The notes below the pieces were generated by a model, which was not told where the DNA came from, made no database searches, and was given only the letters and a program-made list of their open reading frames with translations. A stretch of 64,000 nucleotides of DNA from Lingula anatina (taxonomy: Eukaryota > Animalia > Brachiopoda): assembly GCA_051362555.1 (NCBI GenBank), contig CM120640.1:52306788-52370787 (forward strand), read 5' to 3'. The stretch's first letter is position 1; every line of letters begins with the position of its first letter. Made by a program: the position numbers and the translations under genes. This document shows, one piece after another, positions 51,901-64,000 of this stretch.

Positions 51901-54900
51901 CAAGCATATATTTTCAGTAATGGGTTCCAAAAAGAGCTGCTTTAAAAACATCTGGTTATATATACCAGGAACACACAAGAAGAATCAACCTGCAAAAACA
52001 CTGATTTGTCAAAAAAGATGCATTTAGAAAGATATTTCTGCTCCTCCTACCAAACCTTATTTGTGCTATGTCTGTGTTATTATTCACATTCTTCCTTGCT
52101 GCTATAGAAATATGTCTAAGGTGATACAAATGAATTCCAGTTGTTTTGAAATGGTAACCCTCTTTCACTGTCAAAACAGATCAAGACACAAGGCCAAAAA
52201 GGGAAGACGGGATCTTCACTCCTCTATATTTGTTACAACAAAATACCAATTCTTTAAAAGAAAATAACTGCTGCCAGGAAGAATTCATTAGACATGGCAG
52301 ACAGGTGAATGCCAGAGTATCAAAGATTTCTGTTTTCATTATGTCACAGAAAATCAATGGTACATATAAAGAGTGATTGGCAAAATATAGTAATTGGGTC
52401 CTCTGGTCAGGGCTTGACTTGAATATTTGGTGGAATTAAACAGGAACTGGAGCTGAGGAGGAATAAAAGCCTGCTGAGTCCCCCTACTGAGCCCAACTGG
52501 CCTGCTATAGTCTACCTTTTAATTGTGTCTGAACTCTTCCTATCAACCCCAGGCAATTTGTGCAGGCCAGGGAAAGCCAAGCGCAGTGGGAGAAGAAATA
52601 CGAGTGGCTAAGATCAGTTATACACCTTTATTCATCCTCACAGTTCTTGGACAAAACTATTACTATTATTTCTTTACTGTATATCACACTCAGAAATCTT
52701 TTAACAGTGGTACAAGTCTGAATGTGTAGTTCTCACACCAGATGTCACCTGTATACACGAGATAGCACGAACAGGCTCTTCCTTCCTCTTTTTCATTAAT
52801 AAACCATTAAACTGTGTGCATGAAATAATCCTATATACACAATAGGTATTAGGCACCATGTCCAGGTCACACACCTTGCAAAATGTACCAATGAGTGATA
52901 ATGGCCGACTGATAGATAATTAGTACAATGGAAGGGTATGCTTGTGATCATATTATTTCTCACAAATTCTTTCCAAGCAGCAATTTGACTGTGTAACACA
53001 CAATGGTAGGAGGGGAGATTGTTATGCCCCTCAAGGCGTAAGCTCACTCTCACTACTCGGACCTACAGTATTGTAACACAAGGAGGTTATGTACATTTGT
53101 GAGATGTGACATCTGCTTTAAACCACCTGGGGACCCCGTGTCCCTTTATGGCACCAATCAACAGGTATATACCAAGTCATCAACAGATACACATTTATAG
53201 ATGTGCATGATAATATGATTATTATGTAACAAGAAGGCTAGAACCACCAGCTCACTTCACAAGATGAAGTGCTTATATAGTCCAGCTCTCCTGCCAGTTT
53301 ATTGCAGTAATAAATTCAGTGGTTATAAATTGAGAGACAAATTATTGACACAGTCAGCTATCAGTTATTGGTCTTTCCCGCTCAATCAACAAAATGTACA
53401 TACTATATTGTATTGTCTCAAAATGACACATGGCAAATAAAGTACATGAGCCCCACACTAAGAGATAAGGCAGAAGTCTTCTCTTTTTATGATCCATGCA
53501 ATAAAACTGCAGGTTAAAAGTCAAATCCTCAAATGATTTTTAATTTCACACATCAAGCATCCAAATCAATAAAATCAATTGATCAAACCAGGCATAGTCT
53601 AAGTGACAACAGCAACTGCATACTAAAGATAACATTATTCAAAAGAAAATATCAGTTTATACTGATATTAATCATTATTTGGGGGCATATGGTCAAAGAT
53701 TGGAAAAATAATTATTCTGGGGTATAAATGCCAATGTCCAGTTATGGTCACTCAATGTCCAGCCAGTGCTCTTGTACCCAACCTTTCAGACCATCTGTGA
53801 TATTTTCTTATATTTCTTGTTTCATGGCCATGGTCACCGAAACATTCAGAGCACGGTGGGGCTTATCTTTAGGGTTTACAAACACAAGAACATGGGCCAT
53901 GCTTACAGATAAGATGAACATTTCCCTACTGTCAAGGAAAAGAACCTATAAATGATGGGCTGTTAACCTATTCTGATTATAACTCCCGACATAATTTGCC
54001 CTAACTGTCAGTGAGTGGCAATGAAGTTATGGCATGATTGGCAAATACCTGTCTGGTTATAATGCCCTACACCTCTCTGCATTTACAATTCTGCATGCAA
54101 TAAAAGTGACTTAATGAAACTGAAACAAATATTCTTAGGGTGGAATATGGGAAATGGCACTGGAGTTATGTTTGTCAACCTCATGAAATTCTCATAAGTT
54201 ATCCCTCTCAGCAGGAGAGCACTTCACTGTCACTCGCCATGTAACTGCAGTAAAATATATCTTGAACCAGGCTTTATAGTTTTAAGAGTGCCAATGGCAC
54301 CTATCTTCCCCTTAAGTTAAGCTCTAAGATGTCCCCTAACAGGAAGGATGGATTAAAGGGGTGGGTGAGCATAAGAGCAGGCAAAGATCAAGACTGATAA
54401 AAAGGGTACTAATTTAATCCTGACTCATCCAAAAAATTTGTGATGGGTTTTAATGTGTTTTCCTTGACAAGGGCATATGTGTTCCAAAAACTTACAGAAA
54501 ATTCCAATATATTCTTTCATAGAGAGATTTTGCAAAGATTCTTCTAATCTAATGGAGACATCACTGACATTCATTGGATGAAAGATAGTTAAACTGTACA
54601 AAACCGACATGATGATGCTATCATTGAGGTATAATGACTATCTAATGATACATAAAAATGCTCTCTGTCTATTGTTTAACATTATGTATGTATAAGTTTA
54701 TCATCTGTGTCAAATTGAAATGGGACTTTATTACCCTGTTTCATCCAGTTCCAGATACCAGAACCATTATATGGATTTTTTCAACCAAACCATTAAACTG
54801 CACATTATTTTTCTTTCCTACACAGATTGCATGACAGCTTCATACATACTGTAAATTATGCATCACAACAGGTGAAGATTTTTGTGTAGAAGAGGAAGAA

Positions 54901-55089
54901 GCTGTCTCAAGCCCATCACGAATTTGTCAGATTTGGATCATGGATTTTCCAAGCAGAACACCAGTTTCAGGATGGATGCTCTCTCAAGCAGATATGACAG
55001 CACAACATGTTGTGTCAATTCCCCAGTATTTTACTGCTGATAGAGACATAACACAATAAAGAACAACTTCAATGCAAGACTAATATTGG

Positions 55090-55092
<3 letters not shown>

Positions 55093-55131
<39 letters not shown>
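55093..55131. repeat. poly(T) tract
   Basis: About 39 consecutive T. Confidence 0.9.
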
Positions 55132-55133
<2 letters not shown>

Positions 55134-55404
55134 AGAAATTAATGGAGTTTAAAAAAACTCGGTTCTCAAGTTGTCCAGTCTGCAGAGGGTAGCCTTTTGA
55201 TGAAAGACAGAATGAAACTAACTAGAAATTTCAAATAATTTACAAGCCCTGTTTAGGATATGTTAAGCCCCCAGTAAAATGGATAAGAGGTATTTTTATC
55301 TTGTCTGGGCCCGTCTATCACATTCTTTGAGGTATAACATGATATGGAATATTTTCTACTAGGACAAAATAATTATGCAACTGTCTCACAACAGATCTAT
55401 GTTA

Positions 55405-55614
55405 TCCTATGGAAATGACATACTGTCTGAAAAGTTTTACAGCAAAAGGAACTGATATCAGATATTTTCTTTTCTCAGGTGCCACAGCTTAAAATGACCA
55501 TCTCAAAAATCCTATGGAAATGACATACTGTCTGAAAAGTTTTACAGCAAAAGGAACTGATATCAGATATTTTCTTTTCTCAGGTGCCACAGCTTAAAAT
55601 GACCATCTCAAAAA
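55405..55614. repeat. Perfect 105-bp tandem duplication
   Basis: tcctatggaaatgacatactg...gaccatctcaaaaa repeated twice with no visible mismatch. Confidence 0.95.
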
Positions 55615-56444
55615 GGGGAGACAAATGATACTAAAGATGTGTAAACTTAGACCCCCTTTCTTCTCAGCCCTATCAGCTAATCTACAGCCATCAGTACCAG
55701 GTTGATAATAGTGCAGACCTTTCACATCTCGTCAAAATATTGGTTTAATAGGGAACCTGTATCTCCCTACTTTCCACCCTAATGCACCAGACTCGAGGTT
55801 TCTTTTCATAGGTTTAATAAGAGCTAGACAGGCTGAGGCTGATGTTATCTGACAGGCAAGAGAAGAACCCCAAGTCCTCCCATACAATAGGTTGGGGAGG
55901 CATTGTTATGCCTGAGACATGATCACAACTGCTCTGATGATAATTCAGGAGATAAATTACAGAAGAAACCATAATCATTAAAATTTCTCTCCTTTCAGAT
56001 GTTTAGTTGATCTCAAGTTCTGATCCCCAGGGTGATATCTCATGTCTCACAGCTAAATGACAAGTCACACTTCAGGTGTTATCATACACTATCTTAATGA
56101 GGGAGAACATCAGACAGACAGATAGGGGTAAAGTGAATGATTTCTCTTGGAAGAAAAGAAAGGGGTCTCCACACAAACAGTTTTATCACTGCATTTTATT
56201 AGGGATATATTAAATTCTGTGTGTTGTGTGTTTAGGCCTGTTGATAAAGATAAGGCACACTACACATCAAGATGGACGGGATCAATCTTTATCTTCCCCC
56301 TCAGTTGTATACCTCAAGATATCTTCCACCCTTTTAACACACCACCTGAAGTGCCCACTTATCTTACATCACTTGAACTTTGAAGAATAATGGGTTCTAT
56401 TGAAACTCTCTTTCCAACTCCAAAAATTGACCTCCGTTAACAAT

Positions 56445-57001
56445 AGAGAGTTTCCGGTGCAGTTGGGATACGACGGCTAGATTGTTACGTATGTGCAAAT
56501 GTATCTAGTAACGCGCTACTCTTTTCTCGTTCCAGTAAAGTTCCAGAATGCTGGCGCTTCTCGCCCTGCTCATTCCAATATAATTAACAATAGACGGCCC
56601 CTTAGCCATCTATTTCCAAGGTGGAGATTCTTTTTTTATGAAAAAGGAGACATATATTACCCAAAAGTGCAATTTTTCCCGACAAATATGGCTGTTAGTA
56701 AGATCAACCCCCGACTACGTGCCTGATAAACCAAAACTAGCGACTCCTCTCTCTTAAAAAGTCGAAATTTGCATGAACGTACACTTGAACTATTGTAAAA
56801 AAGTATATAAGGCATATAAATTAGCAAACATAACCTTTAATAACTAGTTTCAATAATCTTCCGCACTGGCTAGATAGGAGCGCTTGTATTCCGCAGACTA
56901 GATTGGACGACGGTATATGAATGCGGTGAACGTCACAAGTGCGCACAAACCGATGACGTATTAATCTAGCCGGCGTATCTCACCGGCAACGGAAACTCTC
57001 T
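56445..57001. mobile_element. PIF/Harbinger-type MITE (557 bp)
   Basis: ~45-bp imperfect TIRs agagagtttccggtgcagttgggatacgacggctagatt / aatctagccggcgtatctcaccggcaacggaaactctct; aat on both flanks (56442-56444, 57002-57004); CpG-rich relative to the surrounding intron. Confidence 0.8.
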
Positions 57002-60000
57002 AATGTTTTCCATGCACCCATTCCAAACATGCATAGGATTGTTTTACTGCCAGCATTAAAAAAATTCAATTCACAAACAATCCCAACCAATGAACACGAC
57101 TTACATGAAAATAAATCTGCTGCGTAAACTCATCACAGTAGATATGGTTATTTACTTAGGAACATGTTAATCGGGCTAGATGGAGTTATTTCACGTTTTG
57201 ACAAAGTCATCCAAATTATCTTGAACAAATACCTTAATGCAGGAGGCCAAGTGTGTGCCTGTCTGAAGATGCTGTCACAGTCTACAGCTAATTCTCTCTC
57301 CACTAAAACAGGCAGATCTTCTTGGGGGAGATGGGGACTAATATTTGTAAGCACAGCCTGGGAGATATATCTAATATTTGTTAAGAAATCTCATAGCTGG
57401 ACATTCAAAATTTCTTAGTCAAACTTATTAGTTGATCTTAAGTAGCTATTTCCCTCCGACTGCTGTGTTTCACCTACACTTCATAACAGAAAATATTTGT
57501 CATTCTAATTTTGATGTGCTACAGAAAGTTTAAAATCTAAGTGCAAAAATATATACCTTTTTAAGACATTTCTTTAAAAAAAAAAAAAAACAAGTATAAG
57601 AAACTTAGAGAACATCTCAAGACAGGTTAAAATTACTATGAAAAAATCTTTCCATAAACCAAACATATGTTAAAACTAATTGTCGCCTTGATTGCCACTT
57701 GTTTGCGCCTGCCATTTCATGTCGGTACCAACCATCCACAGAAGAAACTGTTTATTTACATGTCTGTTTATTTCAAAAATTTTATTCAAAGTCTTGTTTT
57801 CTTTACTCTTGAAGGCAACTAAATAATGTACAATACCGGGGAAACTTTATGAATTTGTGGAATTTTTACTTTCATTTCAAACAACAGCCAGGTAGATCAA
57901 ACTTGCCTTTGATGTTTTAAAAAGAGCAATTAAAAAGAATTTAGGCAAGAAACCATACTTCTTTCATGCCAATTTGTATGACAAACTTATCAAGAATTTC
58001 AATCAGTATTTATAAACAGTCCACATTCAGTATTTCCACCCCTGTTGTTATAACAAAACATACAGAAACTAAGGTAAAGGTGCTTTCTTTCTCTCAACAC
58101 AACGAAAACACCTGTCCTTGGACATTCAGCATGAAGCAAAATGACACAGTGGAGGGGTCTAATCTGAGCACAGTACTAAGGGAGAACAATTAACCACATG
58201 ATTAAGCGGTAACCACCTCCTGCCCTCATGTTCTCAAATTTTCTGCATGGGCAGAGGGGTATTCAGCTCCATTGCTAGGCACAACACAAATGCAGCAGTC
58301 TATAGACTTTGTATAGGGATTTATACCCATTCACTCTCTGTCGGTTTCAAAGGACGCCGCCCTGTCGTACTGCTATGATCATCGACCCCTATGAATGGAC
58401 AGGTCGATCAGGCAGAACAGTCTTGTTGAATATTATAAACTGTGTCCAAACGGAAACAACATTCTCATCATGACAGAACTGAGTGACCCTGCACTGCATC
58501 ATATTTAAGATTTTATCTCATTTTCTTTTGGACCTCCAACAATACCACAGGTTATACACCTCTTTAAGCAGTGCATTGAAAAAATGTAGGATGGTGCAAT
58601 TATACACTTAGCACCAACTTTCTCACCTGTGGGACATGGTGTGCATTTCTATGTACACCTGGGACTATACAATGCAACTTAATCAACATGGCTGCAATTC
58701 ATATAAGATTGAGTAAATTTAATTAGCAATTTTCCATACTGATGTCCCTATAGAGTTTTCATAAACAGGAGATCCCCAGTACCAGTCTCCTTGGATTTTC
58801 AGTATTGCACTGATAAAGATTTTTAAATAGTACTGGTCTTCTCAATACTGGTGCTGGTGAGGTTTACCAAAAATATAACCATAATAATAAGTAAATAACA
58901 TAAATGCATAAACAAAAATTATTTGTTGGGATAAAAACATTATCTAAATATTGGTCACTAAAGTTGAAGATTTTCATTATCAATACTTCATAAACTATTT
59001 GATACATGCTCTGAATGTTCCAAAAAATGTTTTTTCTTAAAGAATTGTTTCAAAGTTAAACTGCCCTCCTGACATAAGCCAGAAAACCTGTCTGTCTGAT
59101 CAAACTATCAAATACATCTGTTTTAACAAGAAGCCTGGTCTACCAGCAGCAACAACTACAGAGTTGATTTCAGTATCTAGCACTGATGAAACAGCCATAA
59201 AAATTGAAGTAAAATGCTTCATTTTTCATTTCTGTATCACACTAGAAAGAAAATCTGAGTATGCCATAAAAGAGGGTCTGATAAATATAGACAGTTTTTA
59301 TATTCCCATTTTAGTTTGAACAGAATATTAAAGAACTCTGCTAAAAAAACTGAATCAATATAAAAGGTGTTAAAATTCCTGTCCTATCTTACTCAGGCAG
59401 ATTCAGCTCAGATTTGACAGAGAAAAGTGAATCATGAGGCATCCACTCGGAGCAAAAAATAGCCTTTAAATTACAGCAAGCTGGTGTGGGTCCAGCAGAC
59501 ATCCCACAGTCTTAACTAAAAAAATAAGGGTGATCACGGGTGAATGATTCTTCAAGTCTTTGATAAAGAACCTATAAAATTTCCACTGTTTTCTGCCCTC
59601 ACCTTCGTGCTCGGGTTTCCCCAATTAAAAGAAACAAGTCTCTTGATAGAGACGATTTTTTCAAACTGAAGTGTATGATCCAATATGCTTCAAAGCACAT
59701 TCTGAAAGCAGCTCAGAAAAATTTGCTATCATTTCCAGAGATCACATGTACCCCGTCAGCTTACACGAGAAAGTAGTAAGATTGTAATTATGGCTTCTTA
59801 CGCTCTGACAATTCGGCTATACAGTGCAAGGAATGGTTGCACGTCTTTAGTGTAATCAACTGGTAAATAAGACTCACTGGAAGGACGGCGCCTGCCCAGT
59901 TCATTCTAGATTTGAGTCATGTTTTTTATTCAATTTAGAAGACTTTTTACACCTGCTTAATGGATTTCTTTCTTCTCTGAGAGCCAGATCTAACAGTGAA

Positions 60001-63000
60001 ATTGATTCCCCCTGGCTTACATTCCTTCACATCATCTAATAACCATAAATCACACATTAGCCAATTAGAAAGGGTGGGTCAGTCTGGCCAAGTGCAATAT
60101 TAACCCTCAAGATGAAAAACTTAAAAACTGCCCACCATCAAAAATCTGAGCTAATATGACTCAAAGTCCAAATCACTGTAATTCTGTAAGTCATTTATTT
60201 ATCATGATACAATCAACCATGATACTAGAGCAGGGTACAAGATAGCAAAGTGTAATCAAACTTTTTGACCAAACACGAGATGGTCGTAGACAAAGAAAAA
60301 AGGTAAAAACAACACGCTGGACCTGGACTCTAGTTTGCATAAAACCCACTTAGCTGATCAAACCAAATGCACGGGTTCCTATGCAACAATGGACTCCATG
60401 CTTAAAATTGGGCACCCTACAGTCTCTAGGTCAAAGCACAGAGATATATAAAATACAAAATTTCTGTAATTTTGACAGAGCACATCTGTGTTATGGTTCC
60501 ACTCTAAAAAATGTTTTTTTGAAAAAGAAGACCTTATCAATTCAACTGCAATTTCATCAAAGTCAAGTATCCAAACATTAATGAAAAATTAGCATCAATT
60601 TTCAGCCACGAAAGAAAACACAGACAAGCAAATGATATCTGAGATATTTTGCTCAAAGCAGAATGACCCAAAGTTTATCAAAACAGCCCACATTTGAGCC
60701 CAGGGGGAAGACAGGCACTCAACTCAACTTCTCCTCTACGAGTAGATTCCAATCCCACATGCAATCTATATTAAGAGTAATTTTCTTTTCTTTCGTCTCA
60801 CAAGCTCTGTGCATCAACAACAGGGCTCTGTAGTTTTCAAATCAGATCTGTGAGAATTCACTTTTAAGGTAGGGCTATCTGGACTTTCAATCTCAATGGT
60901 CATTTTTAAGAGGATGGTTTTTCATGACATGAATCATTTGTTTCATGCCTATGATTTGATTATTTCTTCTCTCCCACTGGACACTTCCTCATTAGAATTG
61001 ATCATGCATGTCCATTATAGGACCAGTCACTGTGGTCACTAAGACTGTCCACTTTTTCACCAATCAGCCAACTCTATGCTGCTTGGATAGGAATATAGTG
61101 CTAATAAAATATGTGTTGAAACAGTCCATTGTTCATCGGGTTATCAAATATTGGAATACTTTATCAGAACATTCCACTTCATGAAATACTGGTCAGGTAA
61201 CCCAAAGTGGAGGAAAGGAGAAGAGGGGGGAGGGGGGGGGGGGAAGAGACATTTTTCAAATATTGATTAATTGAGCAAATGTCTACAAATGATTTACATA
61301 GCACTCCCCCTCCATTATGTAAAGAAGGCCTTGGTTCTCACCATGGGGTGCCTTATACTTGACTTATGTCAATAGGATCTTTCTTAAAACAAAGTTTAAG
61401 AGAGGAGTCATACAGATTTCTTGCTCATTGATCACACTCCGTAAACAAATGAGGCTAAATGCTTTTATAATTACATCAAGAATCAGTGGGTTTTCCTTAA
61501 AATCCTGGCAAATTTTTTTCTATTTTATTCAGTATTTCTGTTTTCTTTGATTTATATCAGAGATCTATATTCATTCAATTAATTCTGCTCCTTTTTAACC
61601 AACTAATCAGAGAGAATGATTCCCCCTCGTGGGATATATTGTCAGTCAAACAAGCTCCTGACATTGATTTTTTCTATGCACAAGGAATTTTGATAAGTTT
61701 ACTCTTAGCACAGACTCAATCTAACACAACAAACACAAAATAATCCAATATTCTATGCCCTGGCTATAGGTGAAAGGGAGCTGGCTTGGAAAATATTTGT
61801 CAGCTGTTCGGCAAAGTTTGCTTGAACTTTTCTGCACCGCTTGGGATCTCAGTAAGCACAACAAGAGAGTGAGCGGACAGCATCACTAAAGAGTTTTCAT
61901 AGGAAATCTGCATCCTTTTATCTATGATACCCCTGGTTTCTGTAATTCTAAATACACAACCACCCAAAGTTATGTGTTCCTTATCTAAACTCTTCCCACC
62001 TACCAACCAGCTCTCTCAGATATCAAGAAACCAACATTGCACACATGCATGCAGACACCCATTAACTTCACAACTGGATTTAATCTACAGAAATATAAAT
62101 ATGTATTCTGAAGGGGAATGAGGGATTAAGGAATTCAATGCAAAACTTCAGTTTTCCCCATTAGAATATGAAGGTGGAAAAGTTTTGTAGAGAATTCTAA
62201 GCACATCAAAAATGATAAGGGCTGAGCATGTATCTGCCTAGATCTGTTTCCAGTTTTTCATTCAAAGCAGACATAGATCTCAAAAAGATATACAAATTAA
62301 ATGACTCTGATGATTTTTATGAAGCAAACTGCGGCTTTAGATGAATGGCAACACGCTGAGAATAGGACATACAGTCTGACCTCACTGTAAAAAAATAACC
62401 TGCATAAAACAATTTATTTCATATTGTGTTATCTCTTTGTCTGTCTGATTGATAGAGGCAGTTAGAATAGAGAGACAACCACTGCATGTGACAATGTTAA
62501 ATCAATCTAAAATGACATGTCCCTAAAACAAGTTTCAATAGAAAATTTTATTTAATATCCAAGTCATAATTCAAATGCAATTGTTTATAAATTGTGAATC
62601 CCAGACATAGTGCAATATAGGTATCCCCTTTCCCCAAGGCCAAAGGAAGTGAAAAAATAATAGAACTTAATGTAGAATTATGGTGAAAGCAGAGAGCTTT
62701 GCAGTAATCAGCTTATTTTACCCATATGTATATCAACATAGGGAGGCCCCTTTAAATACAGCCTTAATGACCGCTCACTAATCCTTCAAAGAGAGAACTG
62801 TGAGTTGAAAGGCTGGCAAACCAAGTTTGTAAATACAGTAAGGACGAAATAAGAGAACTTTGAAAACATTATGGGTATGCTAAGCCCTTTGTGAAAACTG
62901 TCCCTTTCTTTTAACCTGCGGGAAACCCGCTTGCGAAAACTATGGGCAGACGGAGTGTAAGACAACAAAGGAACTCATATACTCAGTATGAGTCTTCAGT

Positions 63001-64000
63001 CTAGAAATAATTTCACTCCCAAAAAACACTAACAAAATAAGACAATCTTGCAGCCGGTTTCATCAGGGAATTGTTTTTGTGAACTTGTTCAACAATGGCA
63101 CAAACATTAGTATGTTAATGATATTAATAATGACAGCCTTTAATTTGGTCACAGCACAAAGAAGAATAAAGTATGACAGTCATTTACAGGTAATATTTTA
63201 AACATGAGCAAAAGTCACCTGTACAACACAAAGATGCCACTGATGGCCACCAGGTCAAACGCAATAGGAAAATTAAGCCCTCCACCAACCTATTTCCTTT
63301 TATGCATACTCTGATACCATCTACCAATGAACCAAATGACAAGTGGCATGAACATTTTTCAGCAAGCCAAAAAGCTATATTCTGGTCTAATAACTTGTAG
63401 TGCATGACACTTGCCACAGTCAGTCATCAGCACTTAGAAGCTTTCTGTCTTTTTCAGATCCCTATCAATATGAATTTCCCCCTTTGGTTTTCATCAGATA
63501 TGCAGCAGTTGCAGGTGAGACAGAAATACACCTGAGAGGAATGCATTGTGGGGAGGACTGGCTGCATCTTCAGTGGAGGCTTTGTTTTTATCAGTCACAC
63601 TTGATTCATTATCAAGTGACCAGATGTCTTTGAGATAATTTCCCTTGCTAAGCAAAAACTTAGGTTTCATTGTGCTTGATAAGGAGAGATGATACAGATG
63701 AAAAGGTGTTATTTCGAATTAACTTTCATGGGATGTTCCAGAGCGGAGTTTAAAAAAGACTTCATGAAACTCAACCTGTTTTCAGCAGAATTTCTACTTT
63801 CTCTTACATATTGACACTGAAAAAGATGAAGCATGAAAAGAAATGACATAAAGTTACAATGTTAATTCCAGAGAGACAAATTATAACTTAAGAGACTTTT
63901 ACAGCTCCTTTCTTTCACAATTAACCCAAAGATTTGTCTCAATTATTAATGTTATTCTGAATATAGCTGTATGTATGTGTGTGTTTGCACCTAAGAGCCA

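Noticed and set aside
56505-56550. Minus-strand LELYWNEK resembling the ephrin 'YWN' motif
   Set aside because: It lies inside a MITE and is followed by a stop with no suitable splice donor.
57100-57420. Minus-strand donor (AT|gtaagt at ~57104) as the ephrin first exon
   Set aside because: The upstream frame has no signal peptide or ephrin N-terminal WN motif; it needs transcript evidence.
39000-64000. Numerous 60-115-aa ORFs in the supplied track
   Set aside because: No recognisable domains or consistent exon chain; they look like chance ORFs in AT-rich intron sequence.
1-64000. CRISPR arrays, rRNA/tRNA genes or prokaryotic operons
   Set aside because: None seen; the repeats are TIRs, microsatellites or two-copy duplications in a spliceosomal-intron genome.

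Overview
AT-rich animal genomic DNA with GT-AG introns; the repeat types and proteins suggest a marine invertebrate, probably a mollusc or other lophotrochozoan (inference). (1) 1-17 kb is a dense field of transposon remnants. It holds scrambled, internally deleted pieces of an intron-containing, probably transposon-borne gene (resembling, from recall, the uncharacterised DUF6729-type proteins), interleaved with a LINE remnant, a PIF1-type helicase exon and a P-element/THAP9-type transposase remnant. These are followed by a hairpin-containing tandem repeat, a 604-bp perfect-TIR element carrying a RecQ-helicase fragment, a full-length decayed Tc1 element and several MITEs. (2) 17.2-23.4 kb holds two intact three-exon MFSD4/NaGLT1-like MFS transporter paralogues arranged head-to-head. 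(3) 27.7-64 kb is a minus-strand ephrin gene. Five coding exons join in frame into an ephrin domain, a Thr-rich stalk and a GPI-signal-like C-terminus; the first coding exon was not found and probably lies beyond the window. Its introns carry a non-autonomous piggyBac-like element, a Harbinger-type MITE and microsatellites. No database searches were run; family calls rest on recognised motifs.
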